A stretch of 43,620 bases of DNA from Octopus bimaculoides (Eukaryota), in assembly GCF_001194135.2 (NCBI RefSeq), contig NC_068994.1:54056698-54100317 (forward strand), in the 5' to 3' direction. Under the pieces are notes generated by a model. It worked only from the letters and a program-made list of their open reading frames with translations, did no database searches and was not told where the DNA came from. Below are positions 20,675 through 29,315 of the stretch, piece after piece; position 1 is the stretch's first letter, and every line of letters begins with the position of its first letter. Both the position numbers and the translations under genes were made by a program.

Positions 20675-23122
20675 CATATGTGTGTGTCTTAAGGAGAATT
20701 CAAAGAGGTCCAACATCATCATCATCATTGTCGTTTGACGTCCGCTTTTCATGCTAGCATGGGTTGGACGATTTAATTGAGGACTGGTGAAACTAGATGG
20801 CAACACCAGGCTCCAATCTGATTTGGCAGAGTTTCTACAGCTGGATGCCCTTCCTAACGCCAACCACTCCGAGAGTGTAGTGGGTGCTTTTGGATTGATG
20901 TATATCAGTTCATAAATATACCAATGTATCAGTCATTAAAATATTAAAACACATAAAAAATCTATGAGTACATAAATATATAAAAAAATTAATATACATT
21001 TATAGATAAATGAATGGGATTAAGTTATAAAAGTGTAGATGTGGGCAATGTGTAGATGTGTATACAATACACAAAGAAATCTTACTATATATATATCAGT
21101 GAATCATTTTATATATCTTATTCAATGTGTGTCTATTAATTCCTTTTCTTTTTTTTCCCATCAAAGTGCGGTGCGGTCAAGGTTGTTTTCCATCTTTGTG
21201 GAACAAGAACAGATGCTGTACAGTCAGGAACAGAAATCAGTTCAAACAGTTGGAGTCCAGACAGACATTCCAACTGTACCAGAAAAGGCTGATATTGGTA
21301 GGTAAACCCCAGCACAATGATTCCATTCACTAATCGTGGTTCCTTCAGTCCTCCTCTTCTCCCAAATTCATTACTGGTATACTTGCTATACCCATGAGTT
21401 GTTTAAGATGGTATTGTAGTACGCCATTCTGGAGCTGTTGTCTTCCTGCAACATGCTGTAAATGTTGTTATTGTGCAGTAGCAACCACAGACCCTCCCTG
21501 AACATACAGACCTGTTGTAGGTAAGTAGTCATCCGAACAATCAGATACATTGCTTCCCAGTCATTTGATCATGGATTCAGTCCCACTGTGTGGCCCCTTC
21601 GTTAAGTGTCTTCTAGTGTAGCCTCAGGTTGACCAAAGCCTTGTAAGTGGATTTGGCACATAGAAATTGGAAGGAGCTCAACGTGTGTGTATGTGTGTGT
21701 ACTCATGGTTGTATATATATATTTGATATTTGTAACTGAAAACAAAACTGAAAAATGCAATTCCTGTAAATGTTTATACTTCATAAACACTTCCATTTTC
21801 TTATATTCTTTCTTCTTTTCCGTTCTTTTATTACAGATCCTGTGCAATTGTCACCTGATCACAATATTCCAATGTACCAGCAGAATGGAGACACGTCAGC
21901 TGTTGATTCCTGGACCCAGCCTAATTTCTCTGAGCCAGCAGACATCATTGACAACGTGGAGCCAGATTATAACTCCAGCCAAAATGCGCCTTTAGAACAT
22001 CAGTTCAGTGCCCTTTACAGCAGGGATAACCCAGCCTCCCCTCCTCTGACTCCGCCATTGGATTCAACTCGATGTTGTTCAACTGAACTCTTACAATCGT
22101 CTGAGTTTCCATGTGCTGCTTCGCCTCCGCGGTCAGCATCACCAGAACCAGAACCAGAGCCGGAAGAAGAGAACGACTCCCCACCTCTCAACTCTGATGA
22201 TTTGGAGGTCCTGCCAGAGAGGGTCTCTCACCAGGAGAAATATCTCTCACAACGGTACAGTTCCGATTTGGAATTGAAACGACCGTCTGCGATGTCTCTG
22301 AACTTGTTTGAACCTTACTTCCTTGAAAAGACCCTTGAGTCAGCATCGGCCCCTTGTCCCTCTCCACCTCAACCACCTCCTCAAATCGAAGAAGAAAAAG
22401 AACTACCCAACATGGTAGAAGAGGTCGAGGAGAAACAAGCAAATTCAGAATTGTTGCGAGGGAGCTATGCTGCTCGAGTGGCTGATTCATCTGGTGATGG
22501 CCCTAATAGGAATGCCAACAGCCGGACTTCCAACCGAAATAATCCATTATTTGACTATCCCGATGATCACATTGCTGCTATACGAAATAATGCTAGGGAT
22601 ATCGGTAATGGCAAAATTCGATTTGTTGCTAAGCGACTGGTTCCTGAGAAAGGGACCACAGTTATGAACACGTCCTGCAATTATGAACTACGGGGTAAAA
22701 AAAATGGCACTTTCCCATCTTTCTCCTCTACTAATGCGACACCCTTAACTTCCTCTTGTGTGTCCTCACAAACTTCAAAAGGAAGGGCTTCTTCTAGCAC
22801 TAAAAAGACACTGTCAGGGAACAAGCCTGCTAGCAATATGTCACAGGAGCACATGACAAAGTCAGTGCATCTCTCTAGTTTACGCACAAATTCGGAATCA
22901 GACACACGAACTTCCACTGCCGATGTTAGGTATGCGAACACAGATGCCAAAGCTGGCAGCATGCACTCTCAGCCCGAGCCCAGCTTGAAGCTGAATTCAC
23001 GGTCAGTGGGTAGGACTCAAAGTTGTAGTCAGGAAATACCGTGTTACCAGTGTACTATATGTGGTAGGGAAGGGCATCAGAGTCACCAATGCCCCAACCA
23101 TTCCAAGTATTTTTTTATGTAA
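5883..23122 (+). CDS. Multi-exon gene for an ~1138-aa protein: extended Tudor + MIF4G-like HEAT + C-terminal CCHC zinc knuckle (putative RNA/translation regulator)
   Basis: Hand-spliced exons: 5883-5958, 7304-7457, 7615-7753, 8826-8950, 9773-9824, 10677-10722, 10855-11181, 11731-11859, 13171-13354, 13893-14012, 14706-14793, 15663-15738, 17632-17745, 18309-18373, 18850-18926, 19239-19296, 20086-20255, 21167-21297, 21837-23122. All 18 introns are GT-AG with matching phases; the total is 3417 nt with no internal stop. Domain calls come from motif recognition, not a database search. Confidence 0.85.
7304..7457 (+). CDS. Tudor/MIF4G gene exon, Tudor core (VEFCELETDIQKCFHNEKPATQIGMVQPEQFVIAYSSSVEKWLRARISRVMG)
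   Basis: ttttccag acceptor, gtcagt donor, phase 1 to 2; Tudor W-x-RA motif. Confidence 0.88.
7615..7753 (+). CDS. Tudor/MIF4G gene exon, Tudor core (EKADLFYLDYGFAEQRPLNRISTEFPPRFSELNAQALHCRLYGIEP)
   Basis: FYLDYG and QALHCRLYGIEP are typical extended-Tudor motifs; ttcttccag acceptor, gtgagt donor. Confidence 0.92.
7767..7802. repeat. (TC)n microsatellite
   Basis: Direct reading. Confidence 0.95.
8208..8597 (+). mobile_element. Head-to-tail dimer of tRNA-derived SINE family A
   Basis: Two copies (about 8208-8366 and 8381-8597) with B-box-like gagttcaaattc and body gtcaactttgcttttcatcctttc..gataaattaagtaccag. Other copies at about 12930-13110, 14225-14440, 37985-38200 and 40200-40390. Confidence 0.85.
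8826..8950 (+). CDS. Tudor/MIF4G gene exon, C-terminal flank of the extended Tudor (LAPPSWINRAGKVLSNVVSGQNFYVFFHCSSVGKYVVSLYN)
   Basis: tttctttccag acceptor, gtaagt donor, phase 0 to 2; W-x3-A helix typical of the SN-like flank. Confidence 0.85.
9100..9430 (-). mobile_element. SINE family B/C copy in intron 4 of the Tudor gene
   Basis: Reverse complement of the 29316-29650 type. Confidence 0.82.
9773..9824 (+). CDS. Tudor/MIF4G gene exon (QTQRSVIHELLESEVCK)
   Basis: ttacag acceptor, gtaagt donor, phase 2 to 0; fits the S-V/I-x2-L-L helix that ends extended Tudor domains. Confidence 0.82.
10145..10640 (-). mobile_element. Degenerate mariner (DD34D-type) transposase fragment in intron 5 of the Tudor gene
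   Basis: Minus-strand translation shows FLLDFLE..VNS..ETLEKLREAIRRKR..IHQDNAGPHT..LHWSVVPHP and a C-terminal QRWCKCITCDRDYVE*, broken by stops and frameshifts. These are typical mariner/SETMAR-type motifs. Confidence 0.88.
10677..10722 (+). CDS. Tudor/MIF4G gene exon (PDGEVPIAEYIASPS)
   Basis: ttctttcag acceptor, gtaagt donor; this exon is needed to bridge phase 0 to phase 1. Confidence 0.78.
10855..11181 (+). CDS. Tudor/MIF4G gene exon, disordered linker (PYNNDNRGFP...YMFASN); alternative donor at 11187
   Basis: 327-nt open, GC-richer exon; tttttag acceptor; gtgagt and gtaagt tandem donors. Confidence 0.85.
11731..11859 (+). CDS. Tudor/MIF4G gene exon (SLDCNYSNSKTLSEVMNDVQSQIQELYTDKKFQTENNNPRNL)
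   Basis: ttgcag acceptor, gttagt donor, phase 1 to 1, open frame. Confidence 0.8.
12350..12740 (-). mobile_element. Possible very old LINE APE-endonuclease remnant
   Basis: Minus frames give YDVILMQES (cf. DVIxLQET) and a degenerate ..HHP segment; heavily decayed. Confidence 0.35.
13171..13354 (+). CDS. Tudor/MIF4G gene exon, Ser/Thr/Pro-rich linker containing VPPGFQ
   Basis: ttctgtag acceptor, gtatgt donor, phase 1 to 2. Confidence 0.8.
13893..14012 (+). CDS. Tudor/MIF4G gene exon (QQPSLSPNYLKLVKPSTVLVPPSMFNSCSKTEPPKPNLP)
   Basis: tttactttcag acceptor, gtaaac donor, phase 2 to 2. Confidence 0.78.
14706..14793 (+). CDS. Tudor/MIF4G gene exon (NNWSTSWGSNCSHSVIDTNLTELAQKLQQ)
   Basis: tttttgtag acceptor, gtaaga donor, phase 2 to 0. 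Confidence 0.82.
15309..15445 (+). repeat. 42-bp minisatellite, about 3.2 units, expanded from a SINE-D body
   Basis: Unit gtgaggcccactgcttgaaaggaacttgaccactttgcctct starts at 15309, 15351, 15393 and 15435; a single related copy lies at about 37340-37375. Confidence 0.92.
15663..15738 (+). CDS. Tudor/MIF4G gene exon (VLPSAHSNVHWPQLYWEMDQLFLDF)
   Basis: ttatttcag acceptor; donor gtaact chosen because it gives the phase 1 needed by the next exon. The donor is weaker than most. Confidence 0.7.
15851..15912. repeat. (GT)n microsatellite
   Basis: Direct reading. Confidence 0.95.
16695..17038 (-). mobile_element. tRNA-derived SINE family E
   Basis: Minus strand begins gtggaggcgcaatggtccagtggttagggcagtggactcgcggtcataggatcgcagtttcaatt (A- and B-box-like) followed by a non-tRNA body; a fragment recurs at about 25060-25180. 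Confidence 0.75.
17632..17745 (+). CDS. Tudor/MIF4G gene exon, MIF4G-like helix pair (ELSSTQKLNLILKTVLTQAIQEPNFFNNAITLIFYFR)
   Basis: Only one frame is open; ttgtttcag acceptor, gtgagt donor. AIQEPNF resembles the eIF4G MIF4G segment KAISEPNF (recalled sequence). Confidence 0.85.
17871..17903. repeat. (TAC)n microsatellite
   Basis: Direct reading. Confidence 0.95.
18309..18373 (+). CDS. Tudor/MIF4G gene exon (DHNSFENSLRTTITDLEIDHIK); alternative donor at 18377
   Basis: cattttcag acceptor, phase 1 to 0. Confidence 0.8.
18850..18926 (+). CDS. Tudor/MIF4G gene exon (PESLTAETFADLLGHIFVEICSRNS)
   Basis: ttaccag acceptor, gtaaga donor; LLGHIF sits where MIF4G domains have FIGELF. Confidence 0.8.
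19239..19296 (+). CDS. Tudor/MIF4G gene exon (RCSFTPFRTILTKWLNFSN)
   Basis: Long pyrimidine tract + CAG, gtaagt donor, phase 2 to 0. Confidence 0.82.
20086..20255 (+). CDS. Tudor/MIF4G gene exon (PNNSPQSDCHLCNLYQHSFLDFWTVAGLSCLQNLSSEFTGFLRREMKSMILSTSVE)
   Basis: Strong acceptor tttttgcag, gtaagt donor, phase 0 to 2. Confidence 0.85.
20591..20670. repeat. Compound (TG)n(TA)n microsatellite
   Basis: Direct reading. Confidence 0.95.
20713..20891 (-). mobile_element. SINE family D copy
   Basis: Near-identical to 2322-2523 and 42269-42390. Confidence 0.85.
21167..21297 (+). CDS. Tudor/MIF4G gene exon (AVRSRLFSIFVEQEQMLYSQEQKSVQTVGVQTDIPTVPEKADI)
   Basis: Pyrimidine tract + AAG, gtaggt donor, phase 2 to 1; VRSRLFSIF matches the last MIF4G helix. 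Confidence 0.8.
21837..23122 (+). CDS. Tudor/MIF4G gene terminal exon: ~420-aa Ser/Pro/Glu-rich disordered region ending in a CCHC zinc knuckle
   Basis: Longest ORF in the window (21770-23122); ttattacag acceptor at 21836; CTICGREGHQSHQC (C-x2-C-x4-H-x4-C) at 23051-23092; TAA stop. Confidence 0.92.
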
Positions 23123-24213
23123 CTGCTGTTCACATTCAGTGTTGGTCCCTGGCGACTATTGTTTGGTATTTTTGAAAGGTTTCATCTGTCTATCAATCCG
23201 CATTGCATTTGATACTGATGGATAATCAATCACTTTCAATCGATCACTAAAATCTCTTGCACTGCATCATCAATTCTTCATCATCTGTGTGTGCATGTGT
23301 GTATGTATGTATGCACGCATGAAAGTATGTTCATGTATGTTTCATGTATGTTTATTTTCCAATACACCTTGGCTATCAGTTTTGTATAGTAAGAAATAAT
23401 AACACCCATCAAAAGATACTTGGGGAGACCTTTAACTCTAAGTAATATTCTAAGTTCTGTTGTAATGTAGAGCAAGAGATGAAAGCTCCCGGCAAGTCAA
23501 GACCTCATTTCTTGGTTGAAGTCAGTTCTCCTCACATCACTAAGGGAAAGTATGAATGCCACACACCCCGTTACCCAGCTACTAAAATAGGGCTTTATTA
23601 GCCTAGTTAAATTTGATAATCTAGGACCCGCTTCTAATAGTATTCACTCTAATTTTCACTTGCTTTCTTCTTACTCTTTGTTATCTTCAAATAATGATAC
23701 ATCATGCTTTCTTTTTCTTTGTTTTATTTATTTTCTAGTAGCAAAAATGGCTATTAAAACTTGGTAATTGCTATTGTTAATTAATATTTCACTTATTACC
23801 TTAGACAGATGTAAGCGGTTTTTGGTTTCTGTCTGGATACAAGCCCGTTGTGTTACATTCAAAATGAAGTTTCTTTTTTAAGCTCTTATATTTTTTGTAA
23901 TAGAAGTTATTTTCTTCTTCAGACTATTATAGAACTTGTTGCAAAGTTGTATAAAATCCTAAAAACAAATAATGCATGTATGTGCATACACACACACAGT
24001 TTCAGTAGCTATATAACATTACCCAGGTTAACAATATAATCTTAATTCCCTAGTATTTTGAGTTCAAGTCACACCAAGGTCATGTTTGCCTTTCATTTTT
24101 TGGAGGTCTCCTATGAAACAAATAGTGTTCTAGAAGTAGTGTTGCTCAAAGTGACTCGTGAAGGGGTACTATACTGTGACTACAGTCCAGTGATTGAAAG
24201 TAGTGGAGAATTT

Positions 24214-24380
24214 TTAACCCTTGAGCATTTAAACTGGCTATATCTGGCCAAAATATTCTTTATGTTCAAATCGGCCAGATCTGGCATCTCACACCTACCC
24301 TGGAATGTCGTTTTAATTCAAAATGATGTGAATAAATAAGCAGTACATGTGACAGAGTAATCTGAATGCTAAAAGTTTAA
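24214..24380. mobile_element. TTAA-flanked piggyBac-like MITE, shorter sibling
   Basis: ttaacccttgagcatt ... aatgctaaaagtttaa; internal sequence shared with 27560-27780. Confidence 0.72.
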
Positions 24381-24615
24381 GAAATATATGAAAATATTCG
24401 GCTGCTGAGTAATATTCTGTGGGTGTATGTTTTAGATAAGCACCGGAACAATGTATGGCGAATGTTCGTCATTGTTGTATTGATGTCCAGTTTCCCTTGC
24501 TGGCATGGGTTGGACTGAGTTTATTGAAGCTGAGTTTCCATGACCAGATGTTCTTCCTGTCACTTGTCTTTAAGCAAAGTAATATACCCCCTCCCCCACC
24601 CATGGCCAGACTTGG

Positions 24616-24659
<44 letters not shown>

Positions 24660-24661
<2 letters not shown>

Positions 24662-24834
24662 GCACGTAAAAAGCACCCACTACACTCTTGGAGTGGTTGG
24701 CATTAGGAAGAGCATCCAACTGTAGAAATCATGCCAAATCAGATTGGAGCCTGGTGCAGCCTCCTGGTCTGCCAGTCTTCAGTCAAACCGTCCAACCCAT
24801 GCCAGCATGGAAAGCAGACGTTAAACGATGATGA
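24660..24834 (+). mobile_element. SINE family D copy ending in gacgttaaacgatgatga
   Basis: Reverse complement of the 2322-2523 type copies. Confidence 0.85.
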
Positions 24835-26939
24835 GGTGTGTGTGTGATGGACTTCTTTCAATTTCCATCTATCACATTATTCACCAGACTTTGCTCAGAC
24901 TGGGATCATAGTAGAAGACATCTGACCAAGGTGCAACACAGTGGAACTGAACTCCAAATCCTGTAGTTGTAAAGCAAACTTCTTAACCACACAGCCACAC
25001 CTGTGTCTATAATAAATATCATTTCAGTCTATGAGCTTCTGGTTGTTTGCCTGCTCATCGAATTAGCATGTGAAGTGGCCGAGTGTTCCACAGACACTTG
25101 TACTGTTAATGTAATACTCAGGTTGAATCAATGTGGCATAAGTATGACAATGCTGGACTTTTGAATCATGAATACTGTTTCTTCCACTGAGCTTCCAGTA
25201 CCATCTGTCCAATTTCACTTACAAAGTTTGGGTTGACTTGAAGCTATGGTAAAGGCATTTGTCCAAGAAGATGCTATGATGCAGTGAGATTGAACTTCTT
25301 AATTGCTTAAACACACTGAAATAATTTTCTCTAGAAACATCAATGTTTAGTTAACCCCATATTTTATGGCAAACCCCTAACAGCTTTTGTTCTCTTCTTG
25401 CTTCTTCATTTATCATGCTATGTACAGTTTAGCGAACTTCATTTCCCATCGTTTCTTTTAATTTCATTGGGTTTAATCAGCAGGAACGAACTGTACCTTT
25501 GACCTCTGCAGACCTTCCACACTCTGCTTTCAAAGCTAGTGTGATCAATATGTCTGGTGTTAGGTTTCAGCATCTGAAGCTAGATGTCTGCAGCAAAAAT
25601 ATGGGTACACAGAGATTGTGCAAAGTTTTAGGGAGTTCTTTGGAGAAAGAATTGTGGAAAAAATTATCAGTCCAGGGTGTGTGGGGGAATGAGCGAGACA
25701 CATTACGGGCGTCGAGTAGGTGTATGTGTGTGTAAGAGAGAAAGAGAAATGAAATGTATACGTGAGGGAGGGAGTGTGAGAGAATGCTTGTATCTGAGAG
25801 AGTAAAGAATATGGAGGAGGGAACAGAAGCCGAAGTGTATATATATATTTGTGTGTGTGTATGTTTGTCTGCGCTCGTGTGAGAGAAAAAAAGAGTATAT
25901 GTACATGTGTATGTAAAAGAGCCAATGTTTGTGAGTGAGTGTGTGAGAGAGAGAGAGATGTGTCGGGTGGATCTTAGTTAAGGTGGTATGAAACTAATTC
26001 AGAGGAATAATCGTAATGGTAGAATAGACAGAAGAGTTCGTTTCGCAGTGGTGCGGGGGTTTCTGCTGTTGGAAAAGACTGGCTTTTGTGGGTTTGTTAA
26101 TTTAAGTCACACAAAATGACAGACGTCCATTAAATTCAAGCAGATTAAATGATATCGGGGTGGATTTCACAAGAGAAATACGTTCGGTATCAGCTAAATA
26201 TAGCAATCGTAGAGGGAGGTAACTCATATAAATTAATCTTTATAGTCTACCTTGACAAGTCACTGTATCCATCCATCATTCCCGCTTCTTTCTCTGAAAG
26301 ACAAAAGGGTTAAAGTAATCTGGCTTTTGCGTTCATTCTGTCAAGAAAAAAAATATTAGATTTGTTGTCAGAATGGTCACACTGAAGCAAGGAACTCTGC
26401 TACACGTGTATAGTACTTTTATTCCCGTTTTAGGTAAATCTGAATGATATAACTAAGAGGTCAAAAGAAGTAGTTTTAAAATATTATTTAAAAATGAATA
26501 AAACGGCGAAGTGTATGTCAAATCTCGTATCAGCTAAACATTTCTCAATCGAAGTCTGTAATGTGCGAATTTAGACAAGTTTATTGTAGAGATATATTTG
26601 AGGAAGAACGTATTAATGTAAACAGAGTAGGTATACAACAGCTCTAAATTTCATTATATATATATATAATTTGCATGCATACATATGTACACATAAATAT
26701 ACAGACACATCTGTTCTCCCCACGGTCTGCATACATATACAACACATGCCTGTACTCATCAGTGGGCAGTGTCCAATGACTGCATGCCAGCCAAATGCCT
26801 CTCTCTCTCTCCCTATATATATATATATATATATATAGTCACTATGAGGATATTTAGATCCCTTATAAGGATATTTTTATCCAAGATACACTGGTTTAAA
26901 ATATTGTATCTTGAAGAGATATTTCTTCAATGAATATAT

Positions 26940-27080
26940 TATATAAAATATGGGATATTATTATTAAGCTTGAAAATGGAAAGATCCAATGGATATAAAT
27001 TAATTTATTAATCAATTAACATCTTAGTAAATTAATTTGTATCCATTGGATCTCTCTGTTTTCAAACTTAATAATATTCG

Positions 27081-27091
<11 letters not shown>
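26940..27091. repeat. ~150-bp imperfect palindrome with ~70-bp arms, probably a TA-flanked MITE
   Basis: Left tattattaagcttgaaaatggaaagatccaatggatataaattaatttatta versus reverse complement of the right arm tattattaagtttgaaaacagagagatccaatggatacaaattaatttacta. Confidence 0.85.

Positions 27092-27172
<81 letters not shown>
27087..27172. repeat. Compound (TA)n(TC)n(CA)n microsatellite
   Basis: Direct reading. Confidence 0.95.
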
Positions 27173-27176
<4 letters not shown>

Positions 27177-27559
27177 AAACATTTGCACAAGTGTGTAGAG
27201 TTTGTAAATGTTTGTCTACGTATGTATGTATATGGCGAGTATGGTTTCAAAGTCCTACATTAAAAAAGGAAAACGGTTTCTCTCAACTTACTTCATTGTA
27301 TGGAGATAATCTGAGTGATCTGTAATGTCGAGAGTGTGCACGGCGGATGAGACGCTGCTTGAACACCACAGTTGCTTCTATCTATGATCAGCTGCCGGAA
27401 ACTTAAAGTACATCAGCCTTTACCTTTAGATCCTCACCCCCTTCCTATCAGATACTATATACTTGCTCACACAGACACACACACATTTATTTCCTGACGT
27501 ATTTTTTCACTGAAATTTCAAGAACATATATGCAGGATGGACCAAAAGTCACAAAGGCA

Positions 27560-27780
27560 TTAAACCTTTAGCATTTGAACAGGCCACATCTGGCCAAGCT
27601 ATTATATCTGTTTTATGTTACAACTGGCCAGATCTGGCCTCTTATATACAATGTCATTCTAAAAATAAATAATCTCGTTATTAAAATCTCAAAACTACAA
27701 GAGAATTCCTGATTAATTCAAAACAATGTGAATAAATAAGCATTACATTTGACAGAATAATTTGAATGCTAAAGGGTTAA
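27560..27780. mobile_element. TTAA-flanked piggyBac-like MITE
   Basis: Ends ttaa-acctttagcatt ... aatgctaaaggg-ttaa (terminal inverted repeats within TTAA). Internally deleted sibling at 24214-24380 and a partial at about 38538-38625. Confidence 0.75.
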
Positions 27781-29089
27781 TAAGGTTTTAGTTTTTTTTA
27801 ATTTTAAAATTACAATTTTACAAATTTTTGTTTTAAAATTACAGCATCATATATGAAATATACATAGGAAATAGATGTTAGATAGGAAAAGCCGCATCTA
27901 AATTAAAAAAAAAAAATTCTTTTCAGATTTATTAAAACTTCATCCTTTCTTTGTGACTTTTGGCCCACCTTGCATATTTCTGGGTTTTTCTTTTTTATAT
28001 CTTTCTCTATTTTATTTTCTGCTCTCTCTCTCTCTCTCTCTCTTCCTCATCCTCCCCATCACTAACCTTACAAACACACATATCAGTCCATTTTTTTTTC
28101 TCTCTTCTTATTAAAGTATTAAACCATTAAACTCCTCGCAAACTCCATTATCTTCTATTGTTTATATTTTTTTTTACTGTCCGGGAGCCTCGGTAGTTTT
28201 TGGAACTTATTTATTCCAAAGAAATATTTTTTTAGGTCGCTGTATTTTTCTTATTTTTTTTATTATTTTGTTTGTTTTCTTTTTTTCTCCATTTGTACAA
28301 AAAAAAATGGATTCAACATTATCACCAACTTGTCTGCTGTGTCAACACTTCAAAATAATAATGTATGTAGTATTAATAAACTTCTGGAAAAAAATAATAA
28401 TAATAAAATGATATTAATAATAATAAATGAATAAATAAAATTTCATTTTCTTTTATCTTTGGTGCTCCAGTGTGGCCATGATCTGAATGACTGAAACCAT
28501 TGAAAGTGAAAGGTGGGTGGGTGGGAAGTGAAAAGGACTAAATCATTATTTGTTATTAATACTAGCCTTGAAGCCACCTGTTGAGTACTGGGGTCGATGT
28601 AATTAATTAGCCTAATACCCCAAAATTTCAGGCCTTGTGCCTATAGTAGAAAGGATTATTATTAATATTATAAAAATAATAATTTCAAACCAATGAAGGT
28701 AAGTTTTGGCCAATGCTCAACCACCGTAGTTTGCAATGAATTCATGTAATTTTATATTACAGAACACCAGATTCCTGAAAGAAATAATCAATCAACCCAA
28801 GAACATATTGTTTGCAAATAGTAATCATGGTCTTGATTGATCACCACCATGCTTATATGTGTCACTGCCGTATCAAATCTAATTCTTTCAAGCAACTTGA
28901 AAAATTCTTCAGACGTACCATTTATCTGCTTCAATTTATTCTTGGCATCAGATCAAAATTTACTCAATTCTTTGTGCCTGATGGTTAGTAGGATTGACAA
29001 AATTTTTACTGTAGTTCAGAATATAGTGGTCAAACACAGGTTGTAATTATTTTTTTAGAACATTGATTCAAATTGAGTTATGTTTCCTT

Positions 29090-29310
29090 TAATAATGGTT
29101 TCAAATTTTGCCTCAAGGGCAGCAATTTTGCGGGAGGAGACGAGTCAATTACATCGACCCCAGTGTTTCTCTAGTACTTAATTTATCAACCCCCCGAAAA
29201 GATGAAAGGCAAAGTTGACCTCAGCAGAATTTGAACACAGAACGTAAAAGTCAGAAGAAATGCTGCTTAGCATTTTGTCTGACATCCTAATGATTCCACC
29301 TTATATATTT
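29090..29310 (-). mobile_element. SINE family A copy
   Basis: Reverse complement of the family A pattern; abuts the family B/C copy at 29316. Confidence 0.8.
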
Positions 29311-29315
29311 CTTAT

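Noticed and set aside
23051-23092. CCHC knuckle as a retrotransposon gag remnant
   Set aside because: It is the in-frame end of a spliced host ORF, and there are no protease, RT, integrase or LTR sequences nearby.
25499-25735. 78-aa plus-strand ORF as a small gene
   Set aside because: No recognisable motif; it ends in a GT/GA microsatellite tract and lacks supporting splice structure.
28953-28955. In-frame TGA as selenocysteine in the minus-strand island
   Set aside because: No redox motif, no SECIS-like structure seen, and other frames nearby are broken by TAA.
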